Positions 7,207 to 15,788 of a DNA stretch of 15,909 nucleotides are shown piece after piece. Source of the stretch: Candidatus Terraquivivens tengchongensis (GTDB taxonomy: Archaea; Thermoproteota; Nitrososphaeria_A; Caldarchaeales; Wolframiiraptoraceae). A model generated the notes under the pieces. It made no database searches. It was not told the origin of the DNA and worked only from the letters and a program-made list of their open reading frames with translations. The stretch is taken from NCBI GenBank assembly GCA_023261845.1, contig JALNJZ010000011.1, positions 1 through 15,909 of the forward strand, in the 5' to 3' direction. Within the stretch, counting starts at the first letter, position 1, and every line of letters starts with the position of its first letter. Both the position numbers and the translations under genes were made by a program.

Positions 7207-8016
7207 ATGGAGAAGCTCATTCGCTTTTACGAGTTCCCGTCTCTAAAAGAGCCATATCTAGTCGCTGGCTTCTATGGCTGGTCCGACGGTGGAAAAGTAT
7301 CAAGCACGACGCTACTTTACTTGCTGTCCAAACTTCCATCAAAACTTTTTGCCGAAATGAATCCAGAACCTTTTTACGATTTTACGGTAAGAAGACCTTA
7401 TGTTTCTTACAAGTCGGGCATGATGACCAGCTATCTCATGCCAAAAAACGAGTTTTGGTACGTTAAGGAGGTAGGCAGTCGCTCGCTTGTGCTGTTCCTC
7501 GGTGAGGAACCCAACTTAAACTGGATGAAGTACGTTAGGGTCATAATGCATGTGATCAAAAAATTTGGAATAAAGAGGGTTTACACGATAGGTGGTTTAT
7601 TGGATAGGATACCACATACTGTTGAGCCCATGATAAGCTTCTTTATTAACAATGAAAACCTTAGAAAAGATGTATGGATGCTTGGTGGAGAATTCACAAA
7701 CTATGAAGGACCCAGTAGTATTCACAGCCTCATACTATATGCGTGCATGAAAGAAGGTATAGAGGCTATGAGCATATGGGGGCACTCGCCTATTTATCTT
7801 CCATTTCCGGACGTCCAGACCACTTACCACATAATAAAGAAACTCGTGGACTATCTTAACATAGAGCTTGACCTCAGTGGTCTCGAGGCTGAGAGTAAGG
7901 ACTTCAGGACTAGGCTTGACATTGAACTACAGAGCCAGCCAGAGTTAAGGAGGTTGGTCTTAGAGCTGGAGGACGAGTACTACAAGACACGAAGAAGGCT
8001 TGGATATATATCTTAA
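7207..8016 (+). CDS. PAC2 family protein (bacterial/actinobacterial-like subfamily)
   Basis: GFYGWSDGG, PEPFYDFTVRRP, GEEPNLNW, IPHT, YEGPSSI, WGHSPIY and a C-terminal helical region. TATA-like GTTAAATA at 7171-7178. Confidence 0.88.
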   Translation: MEKLIRFYEFPSLKEPYLVAGFYGWSDGGKVSSTTLLYLLSKLPSKLFAEMNPEPFYDFTVRRPYVSYKSGMMTSYLMPKNEFWYVKEVGSRSLVLFLGEEPNLNWMKYVRVIMHVIKKFGIKRVYTIGGLLDRIPHTVEPMISFFINNENLRKDVWMLGGEFTNYEGPSSIHSLILYACMKEGIEAMSIWGHSPIYLPFPDVQTTYHIIKKLVDYLNIELDLSGLEAESKDFRTRLDIELQSQPELRRLVLELEDEYYKTRRRLGYIS

Positions 8017-8030
8017 AAGTGTGAGCGGCT

Positions 8031-9116
8031 TTGCATGCGGAAAATGCTGTCGAGCTTGATGGCTCCATAGGTGAGGGTGGAGGTCAGGTACTGAGGACTG
8101 CTGTAACGCTTTCTGCTATAATGCTGAAACCCATTAGGATATACAACATTAGGGCCAAGAGGTCACCTCCAGGGCTTAGACCACAACACCTGACTGCTGT
8201 GAAGGCAGTGGCATGGTTAGCGGACGCTGAGGTTAAGGGATTGAGCGTAGGTTCCAGCGAGGTATTTTTCGTACCAAAAAGATTGAAGGGTGGAAAGACG
8301 ACATTCGATGCAGGGACTGCCGGTAGTACTACATTAATTTTACAGTCACTGATGCCTGCCATGGCCTTTGCGGAAGAAAGGATAGAAGCTGAGATAAGGG
8401 GAGGAACTAACAACCCCATGGCGCCCACGTTCGAGTATCTTTCTTATGTGCTTCTGCCAGTGCTTAGAGAGATGGGTTGCAACTTCTCGCTCGAGCTGAT
8501 AAGGCGCGGCTTTTATCCGAGGGGTCAGGGAATAATCAGGATCAAGTCGGAGCCCGTAGACTATCTCAGACCGATTAGGCTGACAGAATTTTCAGGTGTA
8601 GAGAAAATATCGGGAATTAGCTATAGTTGTAGATTGCCGGGCCACATAGCCGAGCGCATGGCTAAGAGTGCATTAAAGTTTTTGAATGAGAATGGTTATA
8701 AGAACACGGATATATTGCTGGAAATATTGCAGCCTGACGCACCGAAGTGTTCCATTGACCCCGGTTGCGGTATCATACTATTCGCTAAGACGAGGGACGG
8801 CCGTATAATCTCGTCGGACAGTCTTGGAAGATTAGGTGTTCCTGCTGAGAAAGTGGGCGAAGAAGCGGCAGCAGACTTAGTAAAGCAATTAAACGCTAAA
8901 GCACCTGTTGATAAACACCTGGGCGACCAGCTCGTTGTATGGGTAGCTATAGCAAAAGGTTACTCAGAGTACAAAGTTACAGAATTAACACAACATGCGC
9001 TTACGAGCATAGAGGTATGTAAAAGGCTGACAGGTGCAGAGTTTGTGGTTGATGGTGCGCTTGGCGAGCCCGGCATAATACGTTGTAAGGGCATAAGTTT
9101 AACACGAAAAGGTTGA
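8031..9116 (+). CDS. rtcA: RNA 3'-terminal phosphate cyclase
   Basis: LDGSIGEGGGQVLR, IRAKRSPPGLRPQH, TAGS, GGT, GFYPRGQG, and catalytic His in VDKHLGDQL. Confidence 0.95.
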   Translation: MHAENAVELDGSIGEGGGQVLRTAVTLSAIMLKPIRIYNIRAKRSPPGLRPQHLTAVKAVAWLADAEVKGLSVGSSEVFFVPKRLKGGKTTFDAGTAGSTTLILQSLMPAMAFAEERIEAEIRGGTNNPMAPTFEYLSYVLLPVLREMGCNFSLELIRRGFYPRGQGIIRIKSEPVDYLRPIRLTEFSGVEKISGISYSCRLPGHIAERMAKSALKFLNENGYKNTDILLEILQPDAPKCSIDPGCGIILFAKTRDGRIISSDSLGRLGVPAEKVGEEAAADLVKQLNAKAPVDKHLGDQLVVWVAIAKGYSEYKVTELTQHALTSIEVCKRLTGAEFVVDGALGEPGIIRCKGISLTRKG

Positions 9117-9127
9117 AGTCGCTCGCT

Positions 9128-9907
9128 TTAAGTTCGAAACTTTGCGGCTCTGTTGGCTATGAGTGCAGAGAGGATGCCTGCTGGAACACCGCCGTCTATG
9201 TTCACCACGCCTATACCAAGCGAGCACGATTGGAGCATCGCCATCAACGCAGTCTTGCCTTTACCGCCATAACCGTAACCAGACGAGGTAGGTACGGCGA
9301 TTATCGGTACGTCTACGAGACTTCCGACAACTGTCGGAAGAGCTCCCTCCCTTCCTGCTACGACCACTATTACATCAACGTCCCATTCCAACAGTTCTTT
9401 AAGAGGTTCAAAGAGCCTATGGATGCCGGCTGCTCCAACGTCGTAAAATGATTTTACCATACAACCCATCTCTTCGGCAACTACTCTTACCTCCTCAGCT
9501 ACTGGAACGTCGTGAGTCCCAGCCGTTAGTATACCGACCCTTCCGCCAGTGCTGGGTTTATGGTAGTCTTTATCCCTTACGACAAGAATTCCGGCCAGCT
9601 CATTATATTGAGATTCGCAATCTTTTGGTAGACGTGATGCTAGACCCTCATATCTTCTCTTCTGGAGTCTGGTTACTATAGTCCTTCTATCTCTCTTTAA
9701 TAATGCATGTATTATCTCCAAAAGTTGCTCGTCCGTTTTTCCTTCGGCGAGTATGAGTTCTGGTATGCCTCTCCTCAACTCTCTACCAATGTCTAGCTTT
9801 GCAAAGTTTGACACTTCCTGAACGGCGAGAAGCTTTATGAGTTTTTCAGCATCCTCGATGCTCAGTTGACCCTTAGAAAGTCTGGTGAGTATCTCACGCA
9901 GGTTCAT
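9128..9907 (-). CDS. larB: Nickel-pincer nucleotide biosynthesis protein LarB (NaAD carboxylase/hydrolase, PurE-like)
   Basis: LDIGRELRRGIPE, AEGKT, TAGTHD, DVGAAGIHRL, VAGREGALP, AVPTSSGYG, MLQSCSLG, VVNIDGG. Confidence 0.93.
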   Translation of the reverse strand: MNLREILTRLSKGQLSIEDAEKLIKLLAVQEVSNFAKLDIGRELRRGIPELILAEGKTDEQLLEIIHALLKRDRRTIVTRLQKRRYEGLASRLPKDCESQYNELAGILVVRDKDYHKPSTGGRVGILTAGTHDVPVAEEVRVVAEEMGCMVKSFYDVGAAGIHRLFEPLKELLEWDVDVIVVVAGREGALPTVVGSLVDVPIIAVPTSSGYGYGGKGKTALMAMLQSCSLGIGVVNIDGGVPAGILSALIANRAAKFRT

Positions 9908-10761
9908 GTAAGATTTTCTATAAAAGCATGTTTATCCGTCTTTCGTAGAGATTCAAGGAAACTTCCCGTTCTGTACCCTTCCAAGTCCAACGTCACGAAG
10001 GTAAAGCCGAGGCTCTTAATATAGGTCGCTATCCTATCCATGAGGTTTGTGTCAAACATTAGATACCTTTCGTCCTTACCGACCTCTATCCTAACGATGT
10101 CTCCGTGAACCCTAACACGGAGGACCCTCGGGTTAACATGCGTCCTTATGAATTCCTCGGCCATGGCGACCTTTTTCAGGAGCTCGGCGGTTATCGGGTG
10201 ACCATATGCTATCCTTGAGGCAAGACATGGCGAGGAAGGTTTCGGTGCCGTGGGAAGGCCGAGCAGTCTTGAGATTTCCCTCACAAGTTCCTTTCCTATG
10301 CCCAGCTCGGCCAAAGGACTCCTAACGTTATACTTTCTAGCAGCCTCGATACCTGGTCTAAAATCCTTTAGGTCGTCAAAGTTCGTTCCGTCTACTATCT
10401 GTTCAACGCCTAGGCTGGCGGCAAGCTCTGAGAGCTTATTGTACAATTCCTCCTTACAAAAATAACATCTATCGGGCATATTCCTTACATATTCCGGCCT
10501 GGCTGTTTCATTCGTGTTCACAAAAAACTGCTTAATGCCTATAAGCTTGGCAATTTCGACCGCCTCTTTTAGCTCCCATTCCGGGAGTGATGGTGAACGG
10601 GCCGTGGCCGCGTAAGCCTTGTCACCTAATGCCATGTATGCAACCTTGGCAACTAGTGTGCTATCAACACCTCCCGAGAAGGCGACCAACACGTTGTTGA
10701 ACTTCTTAAACCATGCTATGAGTTCCGAAAGTTTTGAGTTCGCATCTTCCATGTGCGTCAT
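9904..10761 (-). CDS. larE: ATP-dependent sulfur transferase LarE
   Basis: PP-loop SGGVDS, DRCYFCK, DGTNFDD, RPG, SPL, KPSSPCLASRI, RVRVHG, DLEGYRTGS. ATGA overlap with larB. Confidence 0.93.
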   Translation of the reverse strand: MTHMEDANSKLSELIAWFKKFNNVLVAFSGGVDSTLVAKVAYMALGDKAYAATARSPSLPEWELKEAVEIAKLIGIKQFFVNTNETARPEYVRNMPDRCYFCKEELYNKLSELAASLGVEQIVDGTNFDDLKDFRPGIEAARKYNVRSPLAELGIGKELVREISRLLGLPTAPKPSSPCLASRIAYGHPITAELLKKVAMAEEFIRTHVNPRVLRVRVHGDIVRIEVGKDERYLMFDTNLMDRIATYIKSLGFTFVTLDLEGYRTGSFLESLRKTDKHAFIENLT

Positions 10762-10859
10762 TTTTAACAGATTCTGGGTTAAAAAGCTTTTAAAGGTTAC
10801 AACTCATGCAGAACGATTTCACGAAAAACTTTTTGTTATCATGTAACTTCTAATGCTTT

Positions 10860-11552
10860 GTGCCAGGGCTGGGGAAGGATTGGTGGAGAGTCGTAAAGAC
10901 GCTCGACAGAATTTCATGCTTTTACGATGAACTAAACTCCGTGATCTCACTCGGTAGGGATAAAGAGCTCAGAAGGATTACGGCCAGGAATTTAGGAAAT
11001 GTAAGCGGCGTGGTGTTAGATGCCGGTGCAGGCAACGGTGCCATGACGAGGGCATTACTTGCCGAGAATCCAAACGTGAAGCTCGTCATCATGTTAGATT
11101 TCTTGCCGGAAATGCTGAAGAAAGCCAACGTCGAGGATTCGGTTTGCGAGAGGCTCGTCGGAGTGTTTGAGGCGATACCGTTGAGGGATGGTTCGGTAGA
11201 TGGTGTTGTCATGGCATTTTCCTTACGTGATGCTTATGATATGAGCGCTGCGCTGCAGAATATCAAGAGAGTCATGAAGAACTGCGGAAGGCTCTCAATC
11301 TTGGAGCTCAGCAAACCAGACAACGCGTTCAAGCGCCTCCTCGTCGCACTGTATTGGAGATTAATTTCGCCCATGCTGGCTTTTATGAGGTTAGGAAGAA
11401 AGGGTCTGTTGGCATACGAAATATACATAACCTATAAGAAGATGCCGGAGAACAGAGCATTCATCAAATTAATGAGGGCTTTTTTCGAAAGTGTGAATGT
11501 TAAGAAGAAGATGCTGGATGGTGTAATATTGGTGAGCGCATTGCATAGTTAA
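10860..11552 (+). CDS. Class I SAM-dependent methyltransferase, UbiE/MenG-like
   Basis: YDELNSVISLGRD, motif I VLDAGAGNG, IPLRDGSVD, AFSLRD, ILELSKPD. Substrate unknown. Confidence 0.85.
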   Translation: MPGLGKDWWRVVKTLDRISCFYDELNSVISLGRDKELRRITARNLGNVSGVVLDAGAGNGAMTRALLAENPNVKLVIMLDFLPEMLKKANVEDSVCERLVGVFEAIPLRDGSVDGVVMAFSLRDAYDMSAALQNIKRVMKNCGRLSILELSKPDNAFKRLLVALYWRLISPMLAFMRLGRKGLLAYEIYITYKKMPENRAFIKLMRAFFESVNVKKKMLDGVILVSALHS

Positions 11553-11585
11553 ATATACCTGCCGGCTATTTGTTAATGGTCTTTC

Positions 11586-12116
11586 TTGAGGAGAGCGTTA
11601 TTCATAGGCAGGTTCCAGCCAATACATATAGGTCACGTCGAGGCAATAAAGCACATACTATCCGAGAATGACGAACTCATAATTGTGGTGGGAAGTGCAC
11701 AGTATAGCCACACATTCGATAATCCATTCACAGCTGGCGAGAGAATAGAAATGGTAAGGATGGCTTTGGAGGAAGCGGGTGTAGATCTTAGGAGGGTTCT
11801 TATAATGCCGGTGCCCGACGTAGGTTCCCACTCTATATGGGTTGCGCATGTTAAATCACTAGCACCAAGTTTTCAAACAGTATACACCAATAACCCGTTG
11901 GTAACACAACTGTTTAAGGAAGCAGGTTACGAAGTGAAACCAATTAATATGTTCAGGAGAGATGAACTCATAGCGACAAGGATAAGAAAGATGATGGTGG
12001 GAGATGAGGAATGGAGGGCGCTTGTACCAAAGTCTGTGGCACAGTTCATCGAGAAGGTAGAAGGCGTGAAACGGCTTAAGATGGTCGTCAGTACGGACTC
12101 TCCTGTTCACGCCTAA
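11586..12116 (+). CDS. nadM: Nicotinamide-nucleotide adenylyltransferase (archaeal NMNAT)
   Basis: FIGRFQPIHIGH, GSAQYSH, NPFTAGER, WVAHV, NNPLV, ATRIR, WRALVP. TATA-like TTAAATATA at 11549-11557. Confidence 0.95.
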   Translation: MRRALFIGRFQPIHIGHVEAIKHILSENDELIIVVGSAQYSHTFDNPFTAGERIEMVRMALEEAGVDLRRVLIMPVPDVGSHSIWVAHVKSLAPSFQTVYTNNPLVTQLFKEAGYEVKPINMFRRDELIATRIRKMMVGDEEWRALVPKSVAQFIEKVEGVKRLKMVVSTDSPVHA

Positions 12117-12903
12117 TGCGTATCCTTTCGCCGACCTTGGCGCCGATAATCTCCGCAGCACTCCCCATGTTAACGGCAATTTCTAGGAAGCCAGTGCCCC
12201 CGAATAAAATTAGCATGGAGCCAACGGGCACCTCTCCATAAGTTTTACATAAAGGAAGTATGTAATGCCTACCGCACAATTCGACTTCGTATTTTTCAGC
12301 TATGGGTCCTAGCAACATAAGAGACTCCTTAGATATGTTGGTTATGATGTTACCAAACTTATCTATATGCATCAACTCCGCACATAACCAATAATCCTCG
12401 ATTGTCGGCTCAAAATACTCAACCCTCGTCATGTGTTTAATTTTCTTTCCCAGCCTCGCTGGTTTAACACCAATCGCAAGCTTAGCGGCTACGTATGCAA
12501 ACACATCCCTTCCATGAAATGTCTCACAAGTTCTTGGTGGAATTTTTAATTCGTCTATCTCATATATACTCATGATGCCGGCCGCACTTACTGCGGGCCA
12601 CATAAGGCCAGTATCTGGACCTACAAAGGTATGTCCGGACTTCGTGACAACGATTATCCCTTTCCTTTCTGTTCCAACTTTCGGATCAACCACACATACA
12701 TGAATCGTGCCCTTTGGAAAGTGCTTCGTAGCCGTTAGAAGGATGAATGCCCCGCGCTTTTCGTCAAAGCTCGGTATTGCATGCGTTATATCGACTATTT
12801 GCGCGTCACGAGCAATGGAAAGTATCTTTGCCTTAACCTCTGCAACGTATGGGTCCTCCAAACCATAGTCCGTAGTTAACGTTATAATTGGTCTCTTTCT
12901 CAC
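12088..12903 (-). CDS. DUF62 SAM hydrolase (S-adenosyl-L-methionine hydroxide adenosyltransferase)
   Basis: ITLTTDYG, DITH, VVDPKVGTER, GPDTG, TFHGRDVF, HIDKFGNI, TYGEV, LEIAVNMGSA. GTG 12903 chosen because the longer ORF overlaps pth2 and its first 58 aa show no family motif. Confidence 0.9.
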   Translation of the reverse strand: MRKRPIITLTTDYGLEDPYVAEVKAKILSIARDAQIVDITHAIPSFDEKRGAFILLTATKHFPKGTIHVCVVDPKVGTERKGIIVVTKSGHTFVGPDTGLMWPAVSAAGIMSIYEIDELKIPPRTCETFHGRDVFAYVAAKLAIGVKPARLGKKIKHMTRVEYFEPTIEDYWLCAELMHIDKFGNIITNISKESLMLLGPIAEKYEVELCGRHYILPLCKTYGEVPVGSMLILFGGTGFLEIAVNMGSAAEIIGAKVGERIRIRREQESPY

Positions 12904-12990
12904 AAGCGGAGAAAAATCGAACCCTTCGATAAAGTTTTCCCGATTTGATTTAATAGAAGGCGTTACATAAGAACTATAGGAAGCTAGAAG

Positions 12991-13353
12991 ATGAACGATT
13001 TCCGATACAAGCAGGTAATCGTGGTAAGGACAGACCTTGGCATGAGCGTCGGTAAGCTTGCGGCCCAAGTAGGACATGCTGCCGTTTCGGCCGTGGAAGA
13101 GTGCAGGAGGCTTAAGCCTAAGTGGTTGGATGAATGGATGAAAGAGGGACAGAAGAAGGTCGTAGTCAAGGTGAGATCTAGGGACGAGCTCGAGGAGCTA
13201 AAGAAGAAGGCTGATATGCTCGGCATACCGAATGCTATCATATCCGATGCTGGTCTGACCGAGTTGGAGCCCGGAACTGTGACAACGCTTGGAATAGGTC
13301 CGGCCCCTTCCGAACTGGTTGATAAGGTTACAGGCAATTTACCTCTACTATGA
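12991..13353 (+). CDS. pth2: Peptidyl-tRNA hydrolase Pth2
   Basis: [47 protein letters not shown]. Confidence 0.97.
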   Translation: MNDFRYKQVIVVRTDLGMSVGKLAAQVGHAAVSAVEECRRLKPKWLDEWMKEGQKKVVVKVRSRDELEELKKKADMLGIPNAIISDAGLTELEPGTVTTLGIGPAPSELVDKVTGNLPLL

Positions 13354-13362
13354 GCTAATCGG

Positions 13363-14751
13363 GTGAATATAGTGATATTAAATAAGCTCCAGCCAAAAGA
13401 CATCGAGCGCTTTATCGGCATAGAAGGTTACGCAACAAAGTCGGAAGGCATTGGAGGTGTGATTAAGGAAAGACCGGACGACTTCATGGTATGGGAGGTT
13501 TTGAAGGATGGAAGCGATGCGAAAAGGATGTTCGAAACGGGTTTTTCTACCGAGAAGTATGGAAAATTCTTGTTATGTGTCTTGCATAAAGTTGATGTCG
13601 ATACGATATCGGCGATATCCCTAGTAGCTAGGTTGTTAGGCATTAAACAAGGAGATGTGAGCATTTGCGGAATAAAGGACAGAAGAGCGTATTCGTGGCA
13701 GTTCATTACAGTGCCCAACAGCAGTGCGCTAATCTTGAACGAGGCTATCCAGCTAGCAGAACGTGTGTGGTTACGCCGAATATCCATGAGGGGCTCTAAG
13801 CTTTCGTCCGTTGAGCTACACAGAAACATGTTCGAAATCAAGATTTCGAATTTGCGACTCGATAGCCATTCAGCGACCGCTCTAATAGAAAGAACTATCG
13901 ATGAGTTGAAGCTGAAGGGCGTACCAAACTTTTTTGGACATCAAAGGTTTGGAGCGTCCAGACCGATAACGCACATCATCGGGAAGCTGATAATAAAGGG
14001 CATGCTTAGGGAGGCAGTTGAGGCGTTCATCACGGAGTGGACACCGTTCGAGCCGAAGGCTGTAAGGGAAGCAAGGATGAAGCTTGCCGAATCTTGGAAT
14101 CCTGAAGATGTTCTCAAGTATCTACCGAAGCACCTCTCTTATGAACGGGCCGTGGCAGAATATCTGAAAAATAATACGCAAGACTATGCTGGTGCACTCA
14201 GAAGGTTGCCTTTGAGGCTTAGGAAGTTATTCGTGGAGGCATACTCATCATACATTTTCAATAAATGTTTATCAAAGTTATTGACAAAAAATTCCGAGCT
14301 ATTGGTGCCGGAAGTTGGAGATTTGGTCGTTGAACTTGACGCTCATGGCTCGCCAATCCGTAGGCCTTCCCTCTTACATCCTGGTGCCCTATCGCGAGCG
14401 ACGTTCCTTGCTAGGGCTGGTAAATTGTCCACCCTCCTTCCAGTACCGGGATATAGGGTCATGCTACCGAATAATGAGAAGAGAAACATCTTAGAAGAAG
14501 TTCTGGAAGAAGAGGGTGTGGAGTTGGATGATTTTGTATCTAAGGCCCTACCAGAAGCAGCAACTACAGGTAGCTATAGGTCGGTTGTTATACCTTCTTG
14601 GGAATTCAAAATCTCTAACGTAAGGGAAGGGTACGTATGGGTTAGCCTATCCCTCCCAAGCGGATGTTATGCCACATCCTTATTAAGGGAGCTTATGAAA
14701 CCTAGGAGCGCTCTTTGCTTCGAAGGCCACTTAGATAAATACCCGGCTTAA
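13363..14751 (+). CDS. truD: tRNA pseudouridine(13) synthase TruD/Pus7
   Basis: GGVIKERPDDFMVWE, catalytic GIKDRRA, PNFFGHQRFG, EAYSSYIFN, LPSGCYATSLLRE. Confidence 0.94.
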   Translation: MNIVILNKLQPKDIERFIGIEGYATKSEGIGGVIKERPDDFMVWEVLKDGSDAKRMFETGFSTEKYGKFLLCVLHKVDVDTISAISLVARLLGIKQGDVSICGIKDRRAYSWQFITVPNSSALILNEAIQLAERVWLRRISMRGSKLSSVELHRNMFEIKISNLRLDSHSATALIERTIDELKLKGVPNFFGHQRFGASRPITHIIGKLIIKGMLREAVEAFITEWTPFEPKAVREARMKLAESWNPEDVLKYLPKHLSYERAVAEYLKNNTQDYAGALRRLPLRLRKLFVEAYSSYIFNKCLSKLLTKNSELLVPEVGDLVVELDAHGSPIRRPSLLHPGALSRATFLARAGKLSTLLPVPGYRVMLPNNEKRNILEEVLEEEGVELDDFVSKALPEAATTGSYRSVVIPSWEFKISNVREGYVWVSLSLPSGCYATSLLRELMKPRSALCFEGHLDKYPA

Positions 14752-14784
14752 GTCTGAATTAAGGGTGGTGCTGGAGGGGTCTCT

Positions 14785-15573
14785 GTGGGAGAAGTGATAC
14801 AGGAGGGGTCTAGGGTTTTACTGTTGACAGAACGAAAGAAACGATACCTTGTTAAGGTTAAGCCCGGGGTAAAGTTTCACACCAGCGAGGGATACGTAGA
14901 CCTATCTGAACTTATAGGTAAAAGGTACGGTACAAGGCTCACGAGCAACACGGGCTCCGTTTGGTTTGCTTTGAAGCCTACGATTGTGGATATAGTTATG
15001 AAGATGCCAAGGCCAACGCAGATAGTCTACCCTAAAGACCTAGGTACCATCATAATCCTCGGGAATATTAAACCGGGTTCTAGGGTGCTTGAGGCCGGAA
15101 CTGGCAGCGGAGTCCTAACAGCTGTTATAGCATCCTACGTCATGCCTAACGGTATAGTCTATAGCTATGACATCTCAGAAGAGTATTTAGAGAATGCTAG
15201 AAAGCAGCTTGAGGAGTTAGGCCTGTTACCATATGTAAAACTAAAGCGAGGCGACGTTATCGCGACGATAGAAGAAAGGGATTTAGATACGGTAGTTTTA
15301 GACATACCAACACCTTGGCTGGCAGTACCGAATGCCTATAAAGCATTATCTGATGGAGGTGTTTTTGTATCATTAAGTCCCACGATCGAGCAGGTCGTGG
15401 AGACCGTTGATGCGCTTAACTCGAACGGCTTCGTTGACATCACCACCATAGAGCTATTAATGAGGACGCTAAGGGTTAAGAAAGGAATGACTAGACCTGA
15501 CCATATAATGAGAGCACACACAGCCTATATCACGATAGCCAAGAAGGTCTGCCGCGATTCCTCGGATTATTGA
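14785..15573 (+). CDS. trmI: tRNA (adenine-57/58-N1)-methyltransferase TrmI
   Basis: FHT, KPT, PRPTQIVYPKD, VLEAGTGSG, LDIPTPW, SPTIEQV, TRP and HTAY. Confidence 0.95.
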   Translation: MGEVIQEGSRVLLLTERKKRYLVKVKPGVKFHTSEGYVDLSELIGKRYGTRLTSNTGSVWFALKPTIVDIVMKMPRPTQIVYPKDLGTIIILGNIKPGSRVLEAGTGSGVLTAVIASYVMPNGIVYSYDISEEYLENARKQLEELGLLPYVKLKRGDVIATIEERDLDTVVLDIPTPWLAVPNAYKALSDGGVFVSLSPTIEQVVETVDALNSNGFVDITTIELLMRTLRVKKGMTRPDHIMRAHTAYITIAKKVCRDSSDY

Positions 15574-15767
15574 GATGTCTTTTCTTGTCCTTCTCCTTCA
15601 CTCGGTGTGGTGGTTTCTGTTGCCGGTTTTTCCTCTGTAGTTGGAGGAACTTCTTCGGCTGGCGCGGGTGCTACCTTCTTTACCCTCCTTTTAGCTGGCC
15701 CCCTCTTCTTGGCTTTTTTCTTTGCGGCCTTTCCCCTCTTCTTTCCTACTCTTTTTCTCTTAGCCAT
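15567..15767 (-). CDS. Small disordered protein with a Lys/Arg-rich N-half and a Pro/Glu/Thr-rich C-half; unknown function
   Basis: ATG-initiated 66-aa ORF with strongly biased composition. AATAAATATTAAG TATA-like element at 15810-15798. Stop overlaps the trmI stop convergently. Confidence 0.7.
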   Translation of the reverse strand: MAKRKRVGKKRGKAAKKKAKKRGPAKRRVKKVAPAPAEEVPPTTEEKPATETTTPSEGEGQEKTSQ

Positions 15768-15788
15768 ACGCTTTCCCTATACGCTTTC
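15766..15788 (-). repeat. 10-bp direct repeat GAAAGCGTAT x2 at the start of the small basic ORF
   Basis: Plus-strand ATACGCTTTC at 15766-15775 and 15779-15788. Confidence 0.6.

Noticed and set aside
10782-10791. Palindrome AAAAGCTTTT upstream of larE
   Set aside because: Low-complexity AT sequence, adequately explained as BRE/TATA.
12088-12903. Fluorinase/chlorinase call
   Set aside because: It has the Asp/Arg (VVDP...R) and His (TFHGRD) residues of DUF62 hydrolases, not the halogenase signature.
12904-13077. 58-aa N-terminal extension of the DUF62 ORF
   Set aside because: It overlaps pth2 antisense and the divergent promoter gap; the family motif begins right after GTG 12903.
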